Source of the DNA: an uncultured bacterium
GTDB lineage: Bacteria > Patescibacteriota > Gracilibacteria > UBA1369 > PNNO01
Length of the DNA stretch: 32,000 nucleotides
Assembly (NCBI GenBank): GCA_963704705.1
Contig: OY969931.1
Coordinates: 1,200,001 to 1,232,000, forward strand
Direction of reading: 5' to 3'
Under the pieces are notes generated by a model. That model was not told the origin of the DNA, did not search any database, and saw only the letters and a list, made by a program, of their open reading frames with translations. Positions 1 through 7,512 of this stretch are shown piece by piece. The position numbers and the translations under genes were made by a program. Numbering within the stretch: position 1 is the stretch's first letter; every line of letters starts with the position of its first letter.

Positions 1-78
1 CTTGGTGATTTGATTATGAAGGATATAAAAGAACCGCCAAAGGAAATAGATGAAGATCCATTTTTACATGAAGAATAA
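1..78 (+). CDS. 3' end of a cassette ORF (partial, runs off the left edge)
   Basis: Frame 1 is open from base 1 to TAA at 76-78 (..LGDLIMKDIKEPPKEIDEDPFLHEE*), directly followed by attC1. Confidence 0.3.
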   Translation, partial: LGDLIMKDIKEPPKEIDEDPFLHEE

Positions 79-82
79 CATC

Positions 83-225
83 GCATAACAGCGAACTATC
101 CGGTTCGGGCTTTTTTGATGCGCGGCTTTGCGGGGCAAAAGCCTTCACCCAACTTTTTTTAATGGTGGCGCTGACGCGCTATTATACCACCGTAAAAAAG
201 TTCGTATAGTTTGCGCCCGTTATGT
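83..225 (+). repeat. attC site 1 (143 bp)
   Basis: R'' is GCATAAC (83-89) and R' is GTTATGT (219-225). Terminal stem GCGAACTAT (91-99) pairs with ATAGTTTGC (206-214). Inner arm is GGTGG..hairpin..ATTATACCACC (181-191). Confidence 0.85.
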
Positions 226-258
226 GACATCCATTTTTTCTCATTGTAGAATAACGAC

Positions 259-828
259 ATGGAAAAAGAACCAATTACACCGATTGAAATAGTAAAAGCA
301 GATATTAAACTTTTTGAAAAATATCAAAAAGAAATTTTGGAAATCGAAAGAGAACTTATCGAAAATAGTTCATCAGCATATCTTATTGATGAACAAGATG
401 AGCTCGATTTTATGTTAGATGCGTTTAAAAAAGGAGGTTATGCTTATTTAGTAATGGAAAATGAAAAAGTTACTGGGTTTTTAGTTGTTGGGCCACTCGA
501 TGATGGGACTGAATTGCCTGAAACAGTTACTCAAAATTATCCAATTGCAAATTGCCTTCATATCAAAGTAATGTACATAAAAAATACAAGCAAAGGAATT
601 GGTAGTGAAATGATGGAAAAATTAATTCAAGAACTAGATAAAGAACAATGGAAATATTTATTTGTAAGAACTTGGATTGATCCACCAAATGAAGGAGCTA
701 TTAATTTTTATACAAATCGAGCTGGCTTTGAAGCTGTTCCAAATGCAATAGTTGAATCAACAAAAAGAAAATTGGATGGAAGTGGAACACTCCAAATAAA
801 AAGACAATATTTTTCAAAAAGGATATAG
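259..828 (+). CDS. GNAT-family N-acetyltransferase (cassette gene)
   Basis: 189 aa. Acetyl-CoA motif A-like SKGIGSEMMEKLI and C-terminal NEGAINFYTNRAGFE are typical of GNAT folds. ATG lies 34 nt after attC1. Confidence 0.8.
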   Translation: MEKEPITPIEIVKADIKLFEKYQKEILEIERELIENSSSAYLIDEQDELDFMLDAFKKGGYAYLVMENEKVTGFLVVGPLDDGTELPETVTQNYPIANCLHIKVMYIKNTSKGIGSEMMEKLIQELDKEQWKYLFVRTWIDPPNEGAINFYTNRAGFEAVPNAIVESTKRKLDGSGTLQIKRQYFSKRI

Positions 829-842
829 AAAAAATGGACATC

Positions 843-999
843 ACATAACAGGCGCATTAACGGTTCGGGTTTTTTTTGTCGGGCGGCCTAAAAGCACGCC
901 CAAAAATCCCTCACCCAACTTTTTTAACGGTGGTGACATGCCTTGCGGCATGTTATTATGCCACCGTCAAAAAGTTCGCTAATGCGCCGGACGTTAGCG
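843..999 (+). repeat. attC site 2 (157 bp)
   Basis: R'' is ACATAAC (843-849) and R' is GTTAGCG (993-999). Stem GGCGCATTA (851-859) pairs with TAATGCGCC (980-988). Near-identical to attC6. Confidence 0.85.
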
Positions 1000-1063
1000 G
1001 AAATTGGGCTGATTTTAAAAGCGACTTAATATATAATTCAAATAATTCTTAACCTAAAATTCT

Positions 1064-1642
1064 ATGAATCAAACATGGAAAATCATTGTCGCCGTCATTA
1101 TTACAGCAGTCGTTGTCGGAGGTGGCTTTTACTTCTGGCAACAGAGCAAGGAAGAAACTCCACAAGTTACTCGAAAAACCGAAGATCAAACACCAGCTCC
1201 AGCAGCTGAAACCGAAAAAACGTTCACTGGTAGCGGATTTACATTCACATACCCCGTAGAATATACAGCTGATAACAAAGGACTTTGGACAACGGACGGT
1301 TATCAAAGACATATAAATCCGCCTGAAGCTTGCGATACCTGCCAGATACCAGAAGTAGAAGTAAAAGCCACCACTTCAAATAAAACATTGGATCAACAAA
1401 TTATTGCTGATTATGACTTGCCAGGAACAACACTGGCAGAGATGTCTAAACAAACTGGCATCAAATATGAGCAAATAAAAATCGGCGACAATGATTTTAT
1501 CAAAATCACGGTTAGCGACATGTTCGATGTAACAGGATATTACACAAAACATAATAATCAGATTGTCGCTTTTAAAGTTTATTTGACGGAAAAAGATAAT
1601 AAGGCATTAAAAGATATTATTTCGACATTGAAGTTTAATTAA
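1064..1642 (+). CDS. Hypothetical membrane-anchored protein (cassette gene)
   Basis: 192 aa with an N-terminal TM helix (WKIIVAVIITAVVVGGGFYFW) followed by a soluble domain. No family recognised. Confidence 0.7.
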   Translation: MNQTWKIIVAVIITAVVVGGGFYFWQQSKEETPQVTRKTEDQTPAPAAETEKTFTGSGFTFTYPVEYTADNKGLWTTDGYQRHINPPEACDTCQIPEVEVKATTSNKTLDQQIIADYDLPGTTLAEMSKQTGIKYEQIKIGDNDFIKITVSDMFDVTGYYTKHNNQIVAFKVYLTEKDNKALKDIISTLKFN

Positions 1643-1657
1643 AATCAGCCCAACATC

Positions 1658-1775
1658 AGATAACAAAGGCTATGCGGCTACGATCCTTTCAGTCGCTACG
1701 CCCATATTGTGCGGTGGTGGCCCTTCGCGGCCAATTATACCACCGCACAACATCGCATAGCCTTGGCCGTTAAAT
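1658..1775 (+). repeat. attC site 3 (118 bp)
   Basis: R'' is AGATAAC (1658-1664) and R' is GTTAAAT (1769-1775). Stem AAGGCTATGCG (1666-1676) pairs with CGCATAGCCTT (1754-1764). Inner arm is GGTGG-GGCCcttcgcGGCC-AATTATACCACC. Confidence 0.8.
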
Positions 1776-1877
1776 GAAATTGATTATATTTATGTCGTAT
1801 GATAAATTTTGCTCCTTTAACAAATAAAGCATGAATAAAGTTTTGCATTTAAACATTGAAACATCTGAACCAGGTAA

Positions 1878-2090
1878 ATGGTTAGATATATTACATGTCT
1901 AAGATTAATGCATCTCGATGGCGTTGATACTATGGCCGATGATGGCAATACAAAAGCAGTTTTAGCAGTTTGTTTAGAAAAAGGAGCTGAAGTAAAAAGT
2001 GCTATTCAAAGGCATGGATTAACAATTACTGACGAATGTGAGAAAGGATTTTACAGCACCTCTAGAATTAAGATGATCAACTTCATTTAA
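1878..2090 (+). CDS. Hypothetical small protein (cassette gene, start uncertain)
   Basis: 70-codon ORF whose TAA lies inside the R'' of attC4. An overlapping 23-codon ORF (1831-1902) in another frame makes the true start, or a frameshift, unclear. Confidence 0.3.
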   Translation: MVRYITCLRLMHLDGVDTMADDGNTKAVLAVCLEKGAEVKSAIQRHGLTITDECEKGFYSTSRIKMINFI

Positions 2091-2185
2091 GAGGCGTATA
2101 TTCAGTTCCGCTCCTTCGTCGCTCCACCCAAATTTACATTTCGCTATGCTCAATGTAAACTTTGTATATACACCAGACGTTAAAT
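2085..2185 (+). repeat. attC site 4 (101 bp, short variant, R'' mutated to AAG)
   Basis: R'' is ATTTAAG (2085-2091) and R' is GTTAAAT (2179-2185). Stem GGCGTATAT (2093-2101) pairs with ATATACACC (2166-2174). Lacks the GGTGG/ATTATACCACC arm. Confidence 0.7.
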
Positions 2186-2312
2186 GCAATTTATTTTTTA
2201 TCCTCCCTGTTTTCTAAAGACTTTTTCTTCTTGACTTGTTGAAATATAATTACCGGCATGAAAAACAACCGGTCCAAAAACTGCAAAAAATCCAGCAGTT
2301 TCTTTATCGTTA

Positions 2313-2624
2313 TTATAAATAGAAACCAAAACACATTAAACCTATAGTTAGTATAAAAGCTAACCACATACCTATACTTTCATTTCTTGTATTTGATCTA
2401 ATAATTATATTTTCTAAACTTTGTCTATGATTAGATTGCTTTTCGGCCATTGTAATTATTCTATCGGCTGCTCCAGGAATAATTTTTTCATATCCTTCTA
2501 GAATATTTGGGGGGGGTAATGGCCCAGAAAAAGAAGTTGCTACAGCTGTAAATCTTTTTTCTATCCTTTGGCTTGGTTTATTTTGCAGTTTTTGAGTACT
2601 GCTTTTCTTCTTCTTTTTGTTCAT
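2313..2624 (-). CDS. DUF2335-like membrane protein (inverted cassette gene)
   Basis: 103 aa. SGPLPPPNILEGYEKIIPGAADRIITMAEKQSNHRQ matches my memory of the DUF2335 signature. A C-terminal TM helix is present. Overlaps the upstream ORF by 47 nt. Confidence 0.6.
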   Translation of the reverse strand: MNKKKKKSSTQKLQNKPSQRIEKRFTAVATSFSGPLPPPNILEGYEKIIPGAADRIITMAEKQSNHRQSLENIIIRSNTRNESIGMWLAFILTIGLMCFGFYL

Positions 2625-2808
2625 AATTATCTATTGAAATATAAATTGCATTTCCAACATTATCCCAATCATTTTTTAAGGCAAAATAATCTGCATCCTC
2701 CTGATAGCAGTATTCGTCTAATTTACCATATAAATCAATAACCCTACTTGCACCCTTAAAAAATGTTGGTGAAGTGCATAATTTAGTAGTTTTTAATTCG
2801 TCATTCAT
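2578..2808 (-). CDS. Hypothetical small protein, first gene of an inverted two-gene cassette
   Basis: 76 aa ORF with ATG 28 nt downstream of an extended -10 promoter. No family confidently recognised. Confidence 0.5.
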   Translation of the reverse strand: MNDELKTTKLCTSPTFFKGASRVIDLYGKLDEYCYQEDADYFALKNDWDNVGNAIYISIDNYEQKEEEKQYSKTAK

Positions 2809-2835
2809 AATAAATATTTAGTCGGTCGGATTAAA

Positions 2836-2864
2836 ATTATAACAAAATATTTTTTAATCAACAA
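2836..2864 (-). promoter_or_regulatory. Sigma70-type promoter for the inverted cassette operon
   Basis: On the minus strand: TTGTTG (2864-2859), 17 nt spacer, then TGT-TATAAT (2844-2836). This is an extended -10. Confidence 0.5.
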
Positions 2865-2892
2865 TCCAATTAATAAATCAAAAATAAACTTC

Positions 2893-3025
2893 ATTTAACA
2901 GGTGTATGTTCGGCTCCACTCGCTATGCTCGTTTCGCCCATATTTGCCTTGTTCGCTTTGGCGGTGATAAAATTATACCGCCACGCTCACGGCGGCAAAC
3001 ATCGCACATACACCGGCCGTTGTAT
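2893..3025 (+). repeat. attC site 5 (133 bp)
   Basis: R'' is ATTTAAC (2893-2899) and R' is GTTGTAT (3019-3025). Stem GGTGTATGT (2901-2909) pairs with ACATACACC (3006-3014). Near-identical to attC11. Confidence 0.85.
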
Positions 3026-3108
3026 GCCATCGGATAGGGGGATTTTGTTAATTTAGCCCTTTACTTTTCTTGTAAAATATAGCAGAATAGCATCCTTTGA
3101 ATCCATTT

Positions 3109-3755
3109 ATGCCAGAAAACAAAATACTTCTTACAGGATTTGAGCCATTCGGCCCTTATCGCTACAACGTAGCTGAACAGCTAGTTGAAGCGCTAAATGG
3201 TGAAATAATTGATGTACGGCAGAACACACGCCTGCAAATAATTGGCGTAAGCTTGCCAATTAACTTTGGTACTTTTAGAAAAATTCTCGAAGCAGCAATT
3301 GAAAGCACTAAACCAAAAATAGCATTAGGATTAGGAATGGATTTTAAAGACCACGATCATCTCTCGTTAGAATTAGCTGCTCATTCAATTCCAAATTACT
3401 GCAATGATATTCAAGATACTGAATGTAATATTGGACCAAATGGCTCCTAGATAGTTTGCCAGAAACAATAAGAATTCCTAATGAAGAACACATAAAAAGT
3501 GCCATTTCTGCTATTAATGGAATTGAGTTTTCTGAAGATGCAGGGCGGCATATGTGCGAAACTGTGCTAAGAGATCTTATAAGAATGAGTGAAGGTGGCA
3601 AAAAATTTCAACCGGGTTTTATACATTTGCCGCATACAGCTGATCTTCTATCAGATTCAGTACATTTAGATAAACATGAGAAATCAATGTCAATCGAGCA
3701 GCAAATAGCAATAGTAAAAAAAGTAATAAAAAGTATTGGCACTTTTTATTTATAA
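3109..3755 (+). pseudogene. pcp: Pyroglutamyl-peptidase I (peptidase C15) family gene, frameshifted
   Basis: The N-terminal part (ILLTGFEPFG.., LELAAHS) ends at TAG 3448-3450. The C-terminal part (..SEDAGRHMCETVLRDLI.., FIHLPH) continues in another frame that is open from 3429. The Pcp-like motifs are split across the two frames. Confidence 0.7.
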
Positions 3756-3781
3756 CAAAATCCCTTTTTCAATCCAACAGC

Positions 3782-3934
3782 ATACAACAGGCGCATTAAC
3801 GGTTCGGGCTTTTTTGACGGCTGGCTTCGCACAGCCAAAAATCCCTCACCCAACTTTTTTAACGGTGGTTTCACGCCTTGCGGCATGTTATTATACCACC
3901 GTCAAAAAGTTCGCTAATGCGCCGGACGTTAGGC
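3782..3934 (+). repeat. attC site 6 (153 bp)
   Basis: R'' is ATACAAC (3782-3788) and R' is GTTAGGC (3928-3934, perfect GTTRRRY). Stem GGCGCATTA (3790-3798) pairs with TAATGCGCC (3915-3923). Confidence 0.85.
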
Positions 3935-3956
3935 GGCATCTCTTAATCAATCTATT

Positions 3957-4253
3957 ATGAAATTATATACAAAAATATTGTTAGCATTATTTATTGGAAT
4001 AGTTCTCACCTTACTTTCAATATCATATAAATCATCTTATGAATTTCATGTACTTGAATACAGTAGTTATGAAACACGACCTTCCTGGGGATTCCCTTTG
4101 CAGTATGTATACGATAATGATGTTAGCTCACCAGTAATGTCAATGAATGAAGAAGATACATTCATTTTTACATATATGATTGGGGATGTATTAATTTACT
4201 CATTTTTGGCTTTCATACCATTTTTAATATTTAAAAAAAGAGACACCGCCTAA
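3957..4253 (+). CDS. Hypothetical two-TM membrane protein (cassette gene)
   Basis: 98 aa with hydrophobic N- and C-terminal segments. The stop TAA is embedded in the R'' GCCTAAC of attC7. Confidence 0.6.
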   Translation: MKLYTKILLALFIGIVLTLLSISYKSSYEFHVLEYSSYETRPSWGFPLQYVYDNDVSSPVMSMNEEDTFIFTYMIGDVLIYSFLAFIPFLIFKKRDTA

Positions 4254-4365
4254 CAGCAAACTATCCGGTTCTGCTCCTTGCAGTCGCTACACCCAACTTT
4301 GCCAGTGGTGGCGCTTCGCGCTATTATACCACTGTCAAAGTTCGTATAGTTTGCGGACGTTAGGT
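4248..4365 (+). repeat. attC site 7 (118 bp)
   Basis: R'' is GCCTAAC (4248-4254, perfect RYYYAAC) and R' is GTTAGGT (4359-4365, perfect GTTRRRY). Stem GCAAACTAT (4256-4264) pairs with ATAGTTTGC (4346-4354). Confidence 0.9.
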
Positions 4366-4373
4366 GGCATAAT

Positions 4374-4411
4374 ATAAAAAAAGACCCACTTTTGGATAAG
4401 CAGGTCTTTTT
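4374..4411 (-). terminator. Possible intrinsic terminator of the inverted lipoprotein gene
   Basis: AAAAAGACC (4378-4386) pairs with GGTCTTTTT (4403-4411) around a 16 nt loop. The minus-strand transcript ends in a U-run. The stem is weak, with only 4 GC pairs. Confidence 0.4.
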
Positions 4412-4426
4412 AGTAAACTTAAATAA

Positions 4427-5037
4427 TTAAAATTCGTAAGTAACCGTTTCTTTCTGTTTATCGCCATCGGTCACCGATAAAAGCATTGTTCCGTGTTCAG
4501 ATTTATATAATTTTTTATAATGCTGCTTAACTGTAGCTAAACCTATTTTTAGTTCATCTTTAATAAACATTTCGCATGTAATAGCCTCTGGATCTGTATC
4601 ATTCACAATCAAAATCGTAGCTTGAACCGGAGCAGATTCCATAAAAATTGCAGGCCAATAAGCTAAGAAATTTTCATTACCACAACCTGTGTAACCAACT
4701 TTTACTGTTATTGTATCTCCTTCAATAGTCACCCAATTGCCACAAGTTTCATTGCCGATAGAAAATGATCCTTTTTTGAGATCTTCAAATGATTTATCAC
4801 TTCCTAAAGGATAAGCACATCACTTACAGCAACTGGCTCCGATGGCGACATATCCTTCGGTTCCACAACGGTTGGTTCCTCAGACACATCTATCATTATA
4901 TCTGAATCTTCTGGTTGCGTGTCAGTAGTTGAAACTGTTGGTTGTTGTTCTTCCTGAACCGGCTGAAACCAAGAACAGCCAGAGAGTGTTACTGTAGCAA
5001 TTGATAATAAAGCTACAAGCGTAATTACTTTTTTCAT
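4427..5037 (-). pseudogene. Lipoprotein gene, apparently frameshifted (inverted cassette gene)
   Basis: ORF 5037-4804 encodes a lipoprotein signal (LSGC|SWF) plus an acidic linker and stops at 4804. The second ORF's frame is open from about 4800 and reads coding-like (..GSDKSFEDLKKGSFSIGNETCGNWVTIEGD..) with no ATG before GTG 4732. This suggests a single gene broken near 4800. Confidence 0.5.
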
Positions 5038-5130
5038 AAGTGTATATGGTTAAAGTTACTTATTTAATAACAACCTTAGATAACAATAACACATTTTTTA
5101 TAAAAAGTTGCGATATTTTTATATTGCGCC

Positions 5131-5278
5131 ACCTAACAGGCGTATATCCAGTTCCGCTCCTTTCACTCGCTCCACCCAAATTAGCCTTTCCTCATTCCGG
5201 TGGTTTCACGTCTGACGACGTGATATTATACCACCGTCACTCGTCAGGCTAACTTTGTATATACGCCGGACGTTGTAA
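5131..5278 (+). repeat. attC site 8 (148 bp)
   Basis: R'' is ACCTAAC (5131-5137) and R' is GTTGTAA (5272-5278). Stem GGCGTATAT (5139-5147) pairs with ATATACGCC (5259-5267). Inner arm is GGTGG-TTTCACGTCtgacGACGTGA-TATTATACCACC. Confidence 0.85.
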
Positions 5279-5296
5279 GAAATTTTTAAATTATTC

Positions 5297-5814
5297 ATGA
5301 AAAAAGACAATTTTATTGAAAAATTACCGTTAGTAAAATTCTCAACTTATTCTGAAATTCAAAAACAATATGTGTTAGATTTTGGTGAGAACATTATTAA
5401 GTTAATGAAAAATTTTTCTCCAACACAAGTAGATGGCAATAATTTCTTAAAAGCATGCAGGCATATTTGGTTCTGGGAACTTGGAGCATATGAAGTAGTC
5501 CAACAATTGACGTTGAAGGTTGTTTTGATGATAAAACCAAGACAAAAATAAATGCACTTAAAATAAATCTCGCAAAGCTGAGAATGCCATTCGCAAAACA
5601 AGAACTTAGAGGAGAGAAGAAAAGAAAATTCGTGGAAACAGAACCTTCAGTTACTTCATTTGCAGAGGGGGATATAGGCTTTACTATAAAAGGAGAAAAA
5701 TTTTACTTTAAACCACTCTATAATGAGTTTAAAAGAGTAATTGGTGGTATCAAACCAAAAAATATAAATGCAAAGATTGAGAACCAAAAGGAAAAAAGTA
5801 AAAAACAAAATTAA
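5297..5814 (+). pseudogene. Hypothetical cassette gene split by a frameshift
   Basis: ORF 5297-5551 and ORF 5584-5814 overlap as open frames. The second frame is open from 5494 (SSPTIDVEGCFDDKTKTKINALKINLAKLRMPFAKQ..). This fits one roughly 170-codon gene with a frameshift around 5494-5520. Confidence 0.5.
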
Positions 5815-5824
5815 AAAAAACTTC

Positions 5825-6246
5825 TTACAACAGCGGGCTAGCCGGTTCGCTCACTAAAATTATTATTTTTTAAAATCTATATTATGAACAATATCTTAAT
5901 AATCATCCTGATCATTGTTAATATCTTTCTTTTATTTGCAATTCTCAGGATTCACAAACAACTAAAATGGATAAAGAAAACATATGACAGAAACTTTAAA
6001 CTAGCTCACGGAATATTGAATACCATAAACAAAAAAACAAAAGCTGATGAAAAATTGATATTACAAAAAAATGGGGCAATGAGGTTCTGGAGTCCTGATG
6101 AATATCAAGAAACTGTTGAAAGAATAGAGGATGTTAAAGAAATTCTTGAAAAATCGATCGAAAAGGATAAAAAATAATAATTTTTACGCTCGCTTACCCA
6201 AGTTGTCACAACTGTAACAACTTCGTCTAGCCCGCGACCGTTGTAC
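5825..6246 (+). repeat. attC site 9, composite (422 bp), with a 330 bp ORF-bearing insert inside its first internal arm
   Basis: R'' is TTACAAC (5825-5831) and R' is GTTGTAC (6240-6246). Stem GCGGGCTAG (5833-5841) pairs with CTAGCCCGC (6227-6235). The 5' arm CCGGTTCGCTCAC and the 3' part ACGCTCGCTTACCCAAG.. are separated by positions 5855-6185. A perfect 16 bp inverted repeat bounds the insert: 5856-5871 AAAATTATTATTTTTT and 6169-6184 AAAAAATAATAATTTT. Confidence 0.6.
5884..6177 (+). CDS. Hypothetical N-terminally anchored small protein nested inside attC9
   Basis: 97 aa with an N-terminal TM helix (ILIIILIIVNIFLLFAIL) and a charged helical tail. The double stop TAATAA lies within the right arm of the 16 bp inverted repeat. 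Confidence 0.5.
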   Translation: MNNILIIILIIVNIFLLFAILRIHKQLKWIKKTYDRNFKLAHGILNTINKKTKADEKLILQKNGAMRFWSPDEYQETVERIEDVKEILEKSIEKDKK

Positions 6247-6360
6247 GAAAAATACTTCCCGGCTTATTTCTGAAATCCATAACTTTTAATGCAAGTAAAC
6301 AAATTGGATTTTCTTTTTTTGATAGAGGGGAGCTTCCTGCCTTTGGCAGGAAGTAATGAA

Positions 6361-6396
6361 AAATAAATATAAAATGGCTCGCCTTACGGCGAGCCA
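6361..6396 (-). terminator. Intrinsic terminator downstream of the inverted DUF4256 gene
   Basis: TGGCTCGCC (6375-6383), loop TTAC, GGCGAGCCA (6388-6396). The minus-strand transcript continues UUUUAUAUUUAUUU. Confidence 0.5.
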
Positions 6397-6425
6397 AAGA
6401 AAAATAAAGTTCAAAAACCAATTTT

Positions 6426-6842
6426 TTAGACCCTTAGCCAGCCGTGGAAGCCCCTATCGTCATAAGGATAGTTCGGAGGGTTCCCAGACACGGTGACACC
6501 ACCGTGATCACGAAACGCAGCGAGCGCAACCTTTTTGTTTCTTGTTTCTTCCGGGGTATCAACCCATGACCATGAGTCACTAAATAAGCCTTTAACAAGC
6601 CTAGCAAGTTTCTCAATTTGCTTTTCGTTTAAAAGACCTCCAAGACCCATATCTTTTTTCGCCATATCAACCGCGTTACCTTTTGGGTTATATCCTTGCC
6701 TTTCAGCTATTTCCTGTCCTTTACGGTCATAACAAACCATTCTTCGTCCTTTAGGGCTTTCTTTTGAACAATCCCAGAATTCATATTCTCCCGTTTCTTC
6801 AACAAATTCCACTACATCAGGTTCACCGCCGGTTCTTTCCAT
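6426..6842 (-). CDS. DUF4256 family protein (inverted cassette gene), 5' end apparently disrupted
   Basis: MERTGGEPDVV..ESPKGRR..CYD..RGFHGWLRV matches my memory of DUF4256. The frame stays open upstream to 6949 (VPLKARFEANLKRHKDIEWSRVEARLKEAAPEKLWSLNE) without a start codon. Confidence 0.7.
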   Translation of the reverse strand: MERTGGEPDVVEFVEETGEYEFWDCSKESPKGRRMVCYDRKGQEIAERQGYNPKGNAVDMAKKDMGLGGLLNEKQIEKLARLVKGLFSDSWSWVDTPEETRNKKVALAAFRDHGGVTVSGNPPNYPYDDRGFHGWLRV

Positions 6843-6949
6843 TTCATTGAGTGACCATAGTTTTTCAGGAGCTGCTTCTTTAAGTCTTGCTTCAACTCGT
6901 GACCATTCAATATCTTTGTGGCGTTTTAAGTTTGCTTCAAAACGAGCTT

Positions 6950-7294
6950 TTAATGGTACTTAAAAGCTGTTCTGTTTGTTCGGGTAATTAAAGTGCGTTC
7001 AGGCTTTTCAACTTCCTCTTTTTCTTTTTTCTCAACTTGCAATTCATTATTATCATCATCTGTTGAATTACCTCTCTGTTCCAATAATAATGCATTAACT
7101 GCAGCCCTAACGGTTGGGTCATCAGGGAGCGGATCTACTCCCATTTTTGCATTTTCGATCATAAGTTCAAGTTTCAACCTATCTTCCGGATCCAGATGCC
7201 CTAAATCCATTACTTCTTCATACCCCAACTCTGTTGCCATATAATCATTATATGCATCTTCGTTATTCACTGGTTTTGGTGTAGATTCATTCAT
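6950..7294 (-). CDS. Hypothetical acidic protein (inverted cassette gene)
   Basis: 114 aa starting from ATG 7294 (MNESTPKP..). The longer TTG start at 7354 coincides with the -35 box of its own promoter. Confidence 0.5.
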   Translation of the reverse strand: MNESTPKPVNNEDAYNDYMATELGYEEVMDLGHLDPEDRLKLELMIENAKMGVDPLPDDPTVRAAVNALLLEQRGNSTDDDNNELQVEKKEKEEVEKPERTLITRTNRTAFKYH

Positions 7295-7325
7295 TTTATA
7301 AGTGTTACTTATAACAAGGTTTTTA

Positions 7326-7354
7326 ATTCTAACTATATTTCGGCAAATTGTCAA
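7326..7354 (-). promoter_or_regulatory. Sigma70-type promoter of the inverted cassette operon
   Basis: On the minus strand: TTGACA (7354-7349), 17 nt spacer, TAGAAT (7331-7326). It lies about 32 nt upstream of ATG 7294. Confidence 0.6.
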
Positions 7355-7512
7355 GTATAAATTATTATGGTCTTATATACAAACATTTTATGGTGTTTTG
7401 GCTCGCAAAATTTACCCCTTTTATTCCCCTCTTTTACTCGCCAAAACTAATCCAATTTGTATTTCCAGATAATAATAAGGCATTTAAAAGAAAAATCGGG
7501 AAAGTATTCATC

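Noticed and set aside
1049-1312. Numerous 60-150 codon antisense or out-of-frame ORFs. Examples: 1049-1312 (-), 3344-3601 (-), 5359-5601 (-), 6434-6616 (-), 6535-6732 (+), 6993-7244 (+), 9626-9844 (-), 12231-12476 (-), 16269-16657 (-), 19401-19862 (-), 22211-22551 (-), 25268-26152 (-), 27284-27600.
   Set aside because: Each is nested within a longer ORF that has recognisable motifs or better coding character on the other strand or frame.
3736-3960. ORF-track ORFs 3736-3960, 5040-5252 and 7348-7536 (+)
   Set aside because: They run straight through attC sites 6, 8 and 10 and their flanks, and they lack coding-like composition. They are artefacts of open frames in the repeats.
7295-7354. TTG start at 7354 for the 6950-7354 ORF
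   Set aside because: The TTG is the first codon of TTGACA, the -35 box of a well-spaced promoter (TTGACA-17-TAGAAT). The ATG at 7294 is the plausible start.
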